From a virus: a stretch of 37,313 nucleotides of DNA. The notes under the pieces were generated by a model that saw only the letters and a list, made by a program, of their open reading frames with translations, searched no databases and was not told the origin of the DNA. Below, piece after piece: positions 27,300-35,337 of the stretch. The stretch's first letter is position 1; every line of letters begins with the position of its first letter. Position numbers and translations under genes: made by a program. The DNA lies in the IMG/VR virus record IMGVR_UViG_3300028549_002563; one strand, written 5' to 3'.

Positions 27300-27620
27300 T
27301 TATTTTGAATTTAATTTATCTGCCCATTGTCTAACATGAGGTAAAACACCTTGCGGTAATTTTCTAGAACCTTTTCCGTTTTGTAATCCTATCATTAATA
27401 TTTGTTCTGCATAATTAGCATAATTAGATAATTGATAAACTCCATTTCCTTTATAATTAGGTTCATTCCAGCTATCAACTAAAAATCCTGTATCTACTGG
27501 CGTCATAATTTTTAATTCATCTTGAAGTTTTTCTACTTCATCACCGAATTCTGCAAATAATTCTTTTTTTAATTTATCAATTTCTGCTTTTATTTCTGAT
27601 TTGCTTGGAACTTTTGCCAT
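27300..27620 (-). CDS. HK97 gp10-like head-tail joining protein
   Basis: TPVDTGFLVDSW matches the remembered P.DTG.L..S signature of the HK97 gp10 family. Confidence 0.65.
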   Translation of the reverse strand: MAKVPSKSEIKAEIDKLKKELFAEFGDEVEKLQDELKIMTPVDTGFLVDSWNEPNYKGNGVYQLSNYANYAEQILMIGLQNGKGSRKLPQGVLPHVRQWADKLNSK

Positions 27621-27624
27621 TTCT

Positions 27625-27981
27625 TTATTCTCTAATAACTAATTTATACAAAGCTGTTTCTAATACATCTTTAACTTCACTTATAAATGCTATTTTATAA
27701 TCTTTTTCTTGGAATGATATAATTGTATCAACTGTAATTTTAAAGTCTTGTGGAGCACTTAAAAGTATTTTTAAATCTCCATTAAAATAAATATATCCGC
27801 TTTCTTTTAACTGTCCAGAGTCTAATTGAATTAAAACTGCTTTACAATTAGAAGTAGCTGATATTATTTTAACATATTCACCTGTATTAATATCAAATGA
27901 TGTATTATCGTATTTGCTCGCTACGCAATCAAATCCAAAAGTTGTTAATAATTCTAATCCTAAATCATAAAAACCTGCCAT
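27625..27981 (-). CDS. Head-tail adaptor / head closure candidate
   Basis: Position only. Confidence 0.45.
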   Translation of the reverse strand: MAGFYDLGLELLTTFGFDCVASKYDNTSFDINTGEYVKIISATSNCKAVLIQLDSGQLKESGYIYFNGDLKILLSAPQDFKITVDTIISFQEKDYKIAFISEVKDVLETALYKLVIRE

Positions 27982-27985
27982 TTTA

Positions 27986-28504
27986 TTAACCTCTATAAAT
28001 CCCTATTGAGCTAACACCTGAACCCTCTATATAACCGCTTAAAAGTGTTTTTAAATAAGGATGATTTACAAATATATTTCTTTCTTTTATTTTATTTTCA
28101 AAATAAGATTTTTCTAAAACATCCGCTTTTTCTGATTGAACTTGGGCTTTTGTTGATGTGTTTATAATAGTTGATATAGTTCCATTTTTTAATTCACAAG
28201 CAATATAAGCAGTTGCTATTTTAACATTATCATTAATAATATAAAGTTCTGTTTCATCTTCAAATGAGCGAGGGAATTGTAAATTTTGAAGATAATATTG
28301 TTTATGTCCTTCATATTCAAATAAGTTATCTAAAATACGTGTAGCATTAACTAATATATTTTCTTTATTTTCTGTTGTTTCTGCTAATAAAGATATTGAA
28401 TTAACTAAATAATCTTTATTTATAATTAAATCTAATTCATCAACAGTTATATAACTTGTAGCAGTTAAAACCGTTCCTTCTGTATATACTTCAAAATTAA
28501 ACAT
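27986..28504 (-). CDS. Head-tail connector (gp6-like) candidate
   Basis: Position only; abuts the upstream gene, sharing one base at 28504. Confidence 0.45.
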   Translation of the reverse strand: MFNFEVYTEGTVLTATSYITVDELDLIINKDYLVNSISLLAETTENKENILVNATRILDNLFEYEGHKQYYLQNLQFPRSFEDETELYIINDNVKIATAYIACELKNGTISTIINTSTKAQVQSEKADVLEKSYFENKIKERNIFVNHPYLKTLLSGYIEGSGVSSIGIYRG

Positions 28505-28848
28505 TAAATTAATCCTCCTTGATATTCTGCTGCCTCATGAATAGAAAAAAACTCTTTTTCATCTTTTGTTATCCATTTATTACCTCTTAAAGTTATACCT
28601 GAATAAACTTTTTTAACTTCTTTTAATTCTTCATTTGTTTCTTCTTTTACTTCTTCTTTTCTTTCTTCTTGTATAGGCTCTAATTCTTCTTTTACAGCGT
28701 TTAAAACTTCTTCTTGTATATTTATATTAACTTCATTAATATCTTCTTCTACGCTATCTAATAGATCTTTAAGATCAGGTGCTGATAGATTTGCATCGAA
28801 TTCAATGTTTAGATCTTTAAGTTTTTTAATTATTTGTTTTTTTGTCAT
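28504..28848 (-). CDS. Acidic small protein, paralog of 28899-29243; N-terminal SAP/HeH-like helix pair
   Basis: MTKKQIIKKLKDLNIEFDANLSAPDLKDLL resembles a SAP/Rho-N helix-extended-helix. The C-terminal YSGITLRGNKWITKDEKEFFSIHEAAEY aligns with the paralog. Confidence 0.6.
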   Translation of the reverse strand: MTKKQIIKKLKDLNIEFDANLSAPDLKDLLDSVEEDINEVNINIQEEVLNAVKEELEPIQEERKEEVKEETNEELKEVKKVYSGITLRGNKWITKDEKEFFSIHEAAEYQGGLI

Positions 28849-28873
28849 TTTATTAACCTCTTTTTTTTATACA

Positions 28874-28902
28874 ATAATACAATTTACTCTTTAAAAAGTC
28901 AA
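28874..28902 (-). promoter_or_regulatory. Sigma70-type promoter TTGACT-N17-TATTAT
   Basis: Plus strand shows ATAATA at 28874-28879 and AGTCAA at 28897-28902, spacer 17. Confidence 0.55.
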
Positions 28903-29243
28903 TTTTTTAAATCGTAGTTATGATAAGCAGCTTCACTAACATCTATAAAAGATAATCCATCTTCTGTTAAATATAAACCTTTTGAATAAGTTATACCTGA
29001 ATATAACTGTGGCTTTTTAATACTTAATTTTGCTCTTTGATAATCATTAAGTAAAAAAACTGTTTCATCGGGATCATTTGTTAATATTTGAACTGTATTA
29101 TATTCTAAAATTTGATTATAAATAGCTTTTAATTCTTCTAATGTAGATGTTTCATCTAATATCATATTAACAGATATAAAATAATCTTTTAATATTTGTA
29201 GTTCTTGGGCAGGTGTTATTTCTTCTTGAATAAAATCTTCCAT
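28899..29243 (-). CDS. Acidic small protein, paralog of 28504-28848
   Basis: The C-terminal YSGITYSKGLYLTEDGLSFIDVSEAAYHNY aligns with the paralog. Both are 114 aa. Confidence 0.6.
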   Translation of the reverse strand: MEDFIQEEITPAQELQILKDYFISVNMILDETSTLEELKAIYNQILEYNTVQILTNDPDETVFLLNDYQRAKLSIKKPQLYSGITYSKGLYLTEDGLSFIDVSEAAYHNYDLKN

Positions 29244-29272
29244 TTTATTTAACCTCTTATATTTTGTTAAAA

Positions 29273-29812
29273 TTATAACAAATTATAAGAAGCTAATAAA
29301 TAAGCATCAATTATATCTTCAAATTTTTTCGAAGTATCTTTTAATTTAGAGGTTTTACTTAATAATTCTATTTCTATATCTTCTAAACATTGTTTCATTT
29401 CATCTTTTCTTGCTTTACCGCTTCCAGTTGCTTTAAATTTTAACGAGTTGGGACTTATAACTTCAAAACTTATCTTTTTCTTATTAAATTCATATAATAA
29501 AACATAATATAAACCCGCTAATTGTCTAACACTTGAAGTGTTGGAAGCATAACTTAAACCTTCTATATGTATATGTTCTACTTTATATTCTTTAATTAAA
29601 CTTAAAACTTCATCTACAATAATTCCTATTCTTTCTTCTAAAAACTTATCAGGTTTAGTAGCTACACCTTTCGTTAATATTATTTCTCTTTCATTTTCTA
29701 AAATATTATTTTTTAATATACATATTCCAGTGTGTGAAAATGATGGATCTAATCCCATAACTATCTTAGCGTTCTCTTTTTTAACTGAATTGTTATTTAC
29801 ATAATTTGCCAT
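29273..29812 (-). CDS. ruvC: RuvC-like Holliday junction resolvase
   Basis: MGLDPSFSHTGICIL (catalytic Asp), HIHIEGLSY (Glu) and IIDAYLLA (Asp) appear in RuvC order. Start moved from 29827 to the ATG at 29812, which follows GAGGT. Confidence 0.7.
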   Translation of the reverse strand: MANYVNNNSVKKENAKIVMGLDPSFSHTGICILKNNILENEREIILTKGVATKPDKFLEERIGIIVDEVLSLIKEYKVEHIHIEGLSYASNTSSVRQLAGLYYVLLYEFNKKKISFEVISPNSLKFKATGSGKARKDEMKQCLEDIEIELLSKTSKLKDTSKKFEDIIDAYLLASYNLL

Positions 29813-29893
29813 TTTATTACCTCGCATTTATTATTTAAAGCAGTATATACTAAATAATAATAAAACTGTTTTTAAGGGAGTTAATTAATAATT

Positions 29894-30364
29894 TTAGTTA
29901 ATTGTTTCTATTGAAACTGAACAACTTAATATCTTTAAAACATCTATTGCTGATATTGCTTTTGCTTTCAATGTAAAAATATCTCCCTTATGAGCTTGAA
30001 ATGCTACTGATGAAGTTAAATTTATAGGCTTACCTGCTCCGCCACCTGTTCCAATTTTACCTAATTCAAAAGAAAGGTTATTTTTTGCTAATGATAATTC
30101 AAATGTTTTAGTATTTGCATATTCGCAATTTATGTCGCCTTGAATTCTAATTGCACAGTCTCTTAATATTTCTACTGATTGATTTATAAAATTTAATCTA
30201 AAACAAGTTCCAGTTTTTATTTCTACATTATCAAAAAAGTTTAATGTTTGTTCTGTTAAAAGTAAATTGTTATTAATAGTTGATAGATTATTGACTGCTA
30301 CGAATGAATTATTATTTTCTGATGATAATTGAAAAGAAAGTTTTTTTGATTGAATTACTAACAT
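29894..30364 (-). CDS. Hypothetical beta-rich protein (possible head decoration)
   Basis: ORF track; position directly after the capsid gene. Confidence 0.5.
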   Translation of the reverse strand: MLVIQSKKLSFQLSSENNNSFVAVNNLSTINNNLLLTEQTLNFFDNVEIKTGTCFRLNFINQSVEILRDCAIRIQGDINCEYANTKTFELSLAKNNLSFELGKIGTGGGAGKPINLTSSVAFQAHKGDIFTLKAKAISAIDVLKILSCSVSIETIN

Positions 30365-30370
30365 AAGGAG

Positions 30371-30411
30371 AACCTCTTTTTTAGAAGTATTTTAACTAAA
30401 AAAAAGAGGTT
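30371..30411 (-). promoter_or_regulatory. 12-bp hairpin whose 3' arm contains the SD of the 30364 ORF
   Basis: AACCTCTTTTTT (30371-30382) is the exact reverse complement of AAAAAAGAGGTT (30400-30411). On the mRNA the arm AAAAAAGAGGTT ends 6 nt before the ATG. Confidence 0.5.
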
Positions 30412-30437
30412 ATTAAAAAGAAGTATTTCTACTTCTT
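30411..30437 (-). terminator. Rho-independent terminator candidate after the capsid gene
   Basis: On the minus strand, AAGAAGTA-gaaa-TACTTCTT followed by TTTAATA. The stem overlaps the capsid stop codon. Confidence 0.5.
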
Positions 30438-31422
30438 AGATTTTTGCTTCAAGAGCAACGAATGGAGCTTGTCCAGCATCTACTAATCTTTCCCAATTCA
30501 ATGCGTTAGCAAGTTCAGCGATAGATGGAGAAACACCTGCAACAGCAGTAGCAGTAAATGAATAACCGTTAAGAGTTAATAAATAAGCATATCTTGAAAT
30601 AACTTTTTCATCTGCTCCACCTTTTCCAGATAATGGATTTCTGAAAGTTTCAACTGGAATTTCAACTGTTGCTTCACTAAATACAAAAGCTCCAGGTCTT
30701 AAAAACACAGTTGTTGCTCTGTTTCCATTTACAGCATCTACAACGATTGGAAGATTATCAGAAATCATCAATTCTAAACCGTTAAAATACTCTCTTTTAA
30801 ATCCTAATTCATCTTGAACTACTGTTATAGAAGCAGCGTTATTTTTTAAGATTTGTGCATAAACAGAAGAATGAACTGCCATTGCTACAAAACCGTTCAT
30901 ATTTTCTCCTGCTTTTGATAATGTATCAACTGCTAAACTATAAGAAAATTGATTTGCAGTATCAACTAAAACGTTATCAGAAGCTTCATTTGCTTTATTA
31001 GAAGCGATAGCACCCGTTAATGTTGAAATCATTCTTGCTTGAATATCTTTTTTCCAGTAATTACCTAAAAGTTTTTGTGCAGCATCAATTGCTGAAACAC
31101 CTGAACCTATTGCTCTTACTATTGCTTTTTCACCCCATGCTTTTGAGAAAAACCCAACCCACGCTTTTGCTTGTTTTTTAGTAATTTTATTAGTAGTGAT
31201 ATCTGTATTACTGTCATCCATAATATTCGCTTCTGAATATAAATCTTCTTGAACGTAAGGTATTAAGATGTAAGAACCGCTGTCCTCTGCATTTACTTTT
31301 GCGTCGATTGACGAATCAGAAACTATAATTGTTGAATTTATAAGATTAGTCAATTCAGAAGAATTTCTTATATCTTCTGTTGTCCATAATTCTCTTTTAA
31401 AAACGTCTGCTAATGTATTCAT
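30436..31422 (-). CDS. Major capsid protein
   Basis: 328 aa following the scaffold gene. Strong SD AACTTTGGAGGTTTAACAAAATG; alanine/glycine-rich composition typical of highly expressed coat proteins. The call is by synteny. Confidence 0.7.
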   Translation of the reverse strand: MNTLADVFKRELWTTEDIRNSSELTNLINSTIIVSDSSIDAKVNAEDSGSYILIPYVQEDLYSEANIMDDSNTDITTNKITKKQAKAWVGFFSKAWGEKAIVRAIGSGVSAIDAAQKLLGNYWKKDIQARMISTLTGAIASNKANEASDNVLVDTANQFSYSLAVDTLSKAGENMNGFVAMAVHSSVYAQILKNNAASITVVQDELGFKREYFNGLELMISDNLPIVVDAVNGNRATTVFLRPGAFVFSEATVEIPVETFRNPLSGKGGADEKVISRYAYLLTLNGYSFTATAVAGVSPSIAELANALNWERLVDAGQAPFVALEAKI

Positions 31423-31614
31423 TTTGTTAAACCTCCAAAGTTTATTGTTTTTTTTTATTTGTAATTTAATTTTAACATATCCATATTAAATATTAAAAGT
31501 AAAATAAAAACAAATCCATATTTTTATTTTTGCTGTTAAAATATTAACATAAAAAATTATTTTATCAAAATTAAAATTATTGCGGTTTATTTTGCGGTTA
31601 TTTTTTAAGAGTTA

Positions 31615-31657
31615 AAAATACACTTTTTAGGAGGAGATAAAATAAAAAGTGTATTTT
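31615..31657. other. 14-bp perfect hairpin AAAATACACTTTTT / AAAAAGTGTATTTT with loop aggaggagataaaat
   Basis: Read directly; lies inside the scaffold-capsid intergenic gap. Confidence 0.6.
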
Positions 31658-31664
31658 CCTTGTA

Positions 31665-31673
31665 AAGTCGTCG
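31665..31673 (+). promoter_or_regulatory. AAGTCGTCG word (copy C1)
   Basis: Read directly. Plus-strand orientation although the flanking genes are on the minus strand. Confidence 0.45.
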
Positions 31674-31747
31674 TTTTCATTATTATTAAAAATGTTCGTT
31701 GGCACTAAAAATAATAAATAAAAAAATGGAGAGGTATCGCCGTTAAA

Positions 31748-31756
31748 AAGTCGTCT
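31748..31756 (+). promoter_or_regulatory. AAGTCGTCT word (copy C2)
   Basis: Read directly. Followed by the 11-bp hairpin TGTTATAAAAG (31760-31770) / CTTTTATAACA (31785-31795), whose loop is aaaatgcgaataaa. Confidence 0.45.
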
Positions 31757-31800
31757 GTTTGTTATAAAAGAAAATGCGAATAAACTTTTATAACAGGGAA

Positions 31801-31829
31801 ATTATAACATTTTTTAAATTAGATGTCAA
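31801..31829 (-). promoter_or_regulatory. Perfect consensus sigma70 promoter TTGACA-N17-TATAAT
   Basis: Plus strand shows ATTATA at 31801-31806 and TGTCAA at 31824-31829, with a spacer of exactly 17. Lies 45 nt after the scaffold stop and ~380 nt before the capsid ATG. Confidence 0.7.
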
Positions 31830-31873
31830 TTAAAAATAAAAATTAATATTTTGTTTTTATTTCCCATTAAGTA

Positions 31874-32608
31874 TTAATTTAGGTTAATACCTAATTGTTT
31901 AGCTTTTTCTATTTTTTGTTGTGCAAAATCAGAAATTCCATTTTGTTTATTACTTCCTTTGAAAGTATTAACTCCGCTTCCTGATTGAATATCTGCTTTA
32001 AATAAAAAACCTAATTTTTCATCTGCTTTTATTGAATTAACTTTATCTGCTAATGTCATTTGAACTCCATTTATTCTAGCTGTTGTTCCATCTTCATTCT
32101 TAAATAATATTTTACCTTCTTCAATTGATGCACCTTTTTTTAATTCATCAACTATTATTTTATAAGCTACATCATTAACCGCACTAATAGTAGTTGCTGA
32201 TTTATATAATTCTAATTCTAATTTAGTTTCAAATATTTCTTTTTCTACTGAACTTATAGAAGTTTTTAATTCTATATCTTTATTTTTAACTGCTTCTTCC
32301 ATTTTTTGAATTTCAAGTTTTAAAACTCTTTCTTTTTCTGTTAAATCAACATCTTTTTTACTTAATATAACATTTAATTTTTCATTAACTGTTTCTTCTG
32401 TTAATTCTTCATTTTCATCTATTCCTAATTTTGTTTTAACTGCTTTTGTAAATCCTTTATATTTATCTCTTTTAGATACAGCGTCATTTAACTTTGCTTC
32501 TAATTTAGAAACTTCTCCCGACAAAGTATTGTAGTTTGACTCTAATTTAAGAACTTCTGCTAATCCTGCTTCACTTCCTGCTAATAGTTGTTTTAATTGT
32601 TCGAACAT
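31874..32608 (-). CDS. Scaffolding protein
   Basis: 244 aa, helical, charged and coiled-coil-like. Lies immediately upstream of the capsid gene. Confidence 0.65.
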   Translation of the reverse strand: MFEQLKQLLAGSEAGLAEVLKLESNYNTLSGEVSKLEAKLNDAVSKRDKYKGFTKAVKTKLGIDENEELTEETVNEKLNVILSKKDVDLTEKERVLKLEIQKMEEAVKNKDIELKTSISSVEKEIFETKLELELYKSATTISAVNDVAYKIIVDELKKGASIEEGKILFKNEDGTTARINGVQMTLADKVNSIKADEKLGFLFKADIQSGSGVNTFKGSNKQNGISDFAQQKIEKAKQLGINLN

Positions 32609-32641
32609 TTATTATTACCTCTTTTGTTTTTTATATCTGTA

Positions 32642-32670
32642 ATAATATAACTTTTCTTTTAAAAAGTCAA
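32642..32670 (-). promoter_or_regulatory. Sigma70-type promoter TTGACT-N17-TATTAT for the head-tail operon
   Basis: Plus strand shows ATAATA at 32642-32647 and AGTCAA at 32665-32670, spacer 17. The -35 box is the first element of repeat R2. Confidence 0.65.
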
Positions 32671-33047
32671 AATGTTTTAACAAATAACGCTAAATTAATA
32701 AAAAAATAACGCTAACCGCTATAAAAATAACGCTACTTCAATTTGGCGTTATTGGCTTAAACGCCTATATTGTGGGCTTTTAAGATAAAAATAACGCTAA
32801 TAACGCTAATAACGAACTTTTTCAGGTTGCACCGTGAAAAATTATATAACATCTCTTTTAAATAGTATAAATATTTCTCACGATGAAAGTTGGATTATTA
32901 GCGTTATTGCGTTATTTTTATATAAATTTAATATAATAATAGTATAACAAACCCTATAAACAGGGCTTTATTAGGTCTTTTAAAAAATAACGCTAACTTT
33001 TATTTGGCGTTATTTTAGCGTTATTTTTGGCGTTTAGCGTTATTTTT
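32659..33047. repeat. R2: second copy of the ~389-bp ATAACGC-rich repeat
   Basis: See R1. Same orientation, offset 26,509, and all ATAACGC/GCGTTAT words conserved. Confidence 0.9.
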
Positions 33048-33128
33048 ATAAACTTATTTGATAAATTGTTAAACTTCTTATATTTTCTTTTAATATTAAT
33101 ATATAACATATTAAGATTTCATTTATTG

Positions 33129-33137
33129 AAGTCGTCA
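33129..33137 (+). promoter_or_regulatory. AAGTCGTCA word (copy D)
   Basis: Read directly; starts 38 nt upstream of the ATG at 33167. Confidence 0.45.
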
Positions 33138-33166
33138 AAAACATTTAAACAGAAAAAGGAGAAATT

Positions 33167-33304
33167 ATGTTTAAAAATGCGATAATAAATAAAGTTGCCC
33201 AAGAGGTTAGAATAAGTATGATAATGACATTTCACGCTTTTAAAATGCTTTCTGCAATAGCAGTTATTGATTATGTTTTTCAATTAGGCATATTCTTTAA
33301 ATAG
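33167..33304 (+). CDS. Small hydrophobic protein, 45 aa (MFKNAIINKVAQEVRISMIMTFHAFKMLSAIAVIDYVFQLGIFFK)
   Basis: Hand-translated and below the ORF-track cutoff. SD AGGAGA lies 4 nt upstream. One predicted TM-like stretch. Confidence 0.5.
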   Translation: MFKNAIINKVAQEVRISMIMTFHAFKMLSAIAVIDYVFQLGIFFK

Positions 33305-33391
33305 ATTTATTTCTCCATTTTGGAGAAAGATTGATTTGACTTTTAACTTAAATTTTATTATTATTTGCTTATAAAAAAAAAGGAGATTAAA

Positions 33392-33769
33392 ATGACTAAA
33401 CAAGAAATTATTTATAATGTAGATAAGTTTTTAATGGGCAAAAAAATAACTTTTTTAGAAGAAGTTATAAAAGGTTATAGAAGTTATTCAGATTTTAAAT
33501 TAATAGGAACATCTTTTAATTGTATTGAAGAAATAGAAGAAACAAAAGAAAATAAAGAATTAACTTATTTTATTTTTGATGTTTTCTTTGATGAAGATTA
33601 TACTAAATATGTAAATATTCTTTTTATAAATATAAAAAACATAGATAATAAATGGGATTTATTAAATTTTAAAAATATTCCAGATGAATTTATTTTTAAA
33701 TATGAGTCTATGATAGGAATTATAAAAACATTTGAAGATTATGAATTAATGCTTAAAAACTCTATTTAA
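33392..33769 (+). CDS. Hypothetical protein
   Basis: ORF track 33365-33769. The ATG at 33392 follows AGGAGA. Confidence 0.75.
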   Translation: MTKQEIIYNVDKFLMGKKITFLEEVIKGYRSYSDFKLIGTSFNCIEEIEETKENKELTYFIFDVFFDEDYTKYVNILFINIKNIDNKWDLLNFKNIPDEFIFKYESMIGIIKTFEDYELMLKNSI

Positions 33770-33936
33770 GTTTTAATTTAGTTTCCTTTTGGAATTAATT
33801 TTTAATCTTCTCTCTACTTCTTGCTTAATATAATCTTCATTTAAGATTATATTTAAAACAAAAACTCCATTTTTAATTATAGGTTCTATTGTTATTTTAT
33901 CTTTCATATTAAATTGCTCGCTAAAATCATTTTAAG

Positions 33937-33954
33937 GCGGTTATAACCGCTTTT
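33937..33954. terminator. Palindrome GCGGTTATAACCGC followed by TTTT
   Basis: Read directly; lies between the convergent 33392 ORF and the endolysin gene. Confidence 0.45.
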
Positions 33955-34038
33955 AATATTAAATCAGATAGATTATACCCAAGGCTTTAAATAAAGTTTA
34001 AAGGCTTATAAGGGAATTACAAAAATATTATATATTAT

Positions 34039-34461
34039 TTAAGTTTTAAGTTTTAATTCAAAATGTGGATAATCTTTAAATGATTTCCAATCTCCACCCC
34101 AGATAATATCAATTCCTAATCTTTTAGCACTTTGTTTTACTATAACTGCTAATTCTTTAAATCTTTGTATATTATTCCAGTCTATCGGATAAGGAGCTAA
34201 ATCAACAGCTAAGGATGGAGAATAATTATGCATTGATTTCTTATTAACTCCATCTAAATTAGTCACTGTTGAACCCACTTTAACCCACTTTCCATCTCTT
34301 AAAACTCTTCCTTTTTTAAATAATTCTTGTTGTTCTGCTACTGTTCTCTGTCCATAAATAACTGTAAAGTCATAATACTTAATTGCTTCTTCACATACCT
34401 TTTTTAAATCGGGATGAACTGTCGCTAACTTTTCTTTACTTTTATTTCCTAATGTTGGCAT
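34039..34461 (-). CDS. Endolysin, peptidase M15 (VanY / L-alanyl-D-glutamate peptidase type)
   Basis: SMHNYSPSLAVDLAP and GGDW...DYPHFE match the remembered H..(A)VD and D.PHFE zinc-ligand motifs of M15 phage lysins. Confidence 0.8.
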   Translation of the reverse strand: MPTLGNKSKEKLATVHPDLKKVCEEAIKYYDFTVIYGQRTVAEQQELFKKGRVLRDGKWVKVGSTVTNLDGVNKKSMHNYSPSLAVDLAPYPIDWNNIQRFKELAVIVKQSAKRLGIDIIWGGDWKSFKDYPHFELKLKT

Positions 34462-34462
34462 T

Positions 34463-34723
34463 TCACTTTTCCTCTATATTTTGATTTTGTATTACTGTTT
34501 CTTGTGTTGAATTATTATCTATATATTTACTTCCCAATCTTTGAAGGCCTACACCCGCTAAAAACACACCCATTAATTCAGCAGATAAAGTTCCATTCAT
34601 TGAAACATTTATTATTGCTCCTGTTGCTGTTCCGTTAGCGATATTACTCCAAATTTTAGTATGCGATAAGCTTCCATCTTTATCAGATATTAATTCAAAT
34701 AATTTATTTTTAATTTTATTCAT
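34463..34723 (-). CDS. Holin candidate
   Basis: 86 aa immediately upstream of the endolysin. Two weakly hydrophobic segments and a polar C-terminal tail. Confidence 0.5.
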   Translation of the reverse strand: MNKIKNKLFELISDKDGSLSHTKIWSNIANGTATGAIINVSMNGTLSAELMGVFLAGVGLQRLGSKYIDNNSTQETVIQNQNIEEK

Positions 34724-34750
34724 TAGTTTATTCCTCTTTTAAAAGAAATA

Positions 34751-35211
34751 TTATAACTGATTAACAATCTCTTCTATATATTTAATTTCTTCTTCATTAA
34801 TATTATACTTTTTATATAGATAAGCATCTGTTATTGTTTTTGAATAATCTTCAGCTGGAATATATTTAAAATTTATTGAACTTATTAAAATTCCCTTAAA
34901 ACTTAAATATAATAAAAACTTAAATAACTTTGTTTTTGTATAACTTAAAAAGTTTTCTGCTTCTTCTTTATTATAAGTTGTATATAACAATAAAAATGTT
35001 TCTGATACTATTTCATTAGCTTCTAATAAAAAACATCTTGATTTTTTATCTGTTTTTGACATACAAATCTTATATTTTAAAACTTCATCTTCATTTTTTA
35101 AAACTTTATTAACATAATATTGCTTATTATTCTTACAATAAATTTTTATTAATCCTTTTTCTTCACCTTTAAAAAAACCTCTATATCCAAAGGGATTAGA
35201 TGTATATATAT

Positions 35212-35215
<4 letters not shown>
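34751..35215 (-). CDS. Target-recognition-domain-like protein 2 (paralog of 35331-35825)
   Basis: Aligns with the upstream paralog across ...KYK..., F(L/N)(L/I)LY, ...(L/F)FKF(L/F)L.L... and the C-terminus LYKKYNINEEEIKYIEEIV. Confidence 0.65.

Positions 35216-35330
<115 letters not shown>

Positions 35331-35337
<7 letters not shown>

Noticed and set aside
31698-31720. Sigma54-like TGGCAC in TTGGCACTAAAAATAATAA
   Set aside because: The -12 GC element (TTGC) is missing at the required 4-5-nt spacing. It is a single hexamer match only.
33773-33907. 44-aa minus-strand ORF (MKDKITIEPIIKNG...) downstream of the endolysin
   Set aside because: No SD upstream of the ATG. It is separated from the endolysin by terminator-like palindromes. 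The evidence is too weak to call.
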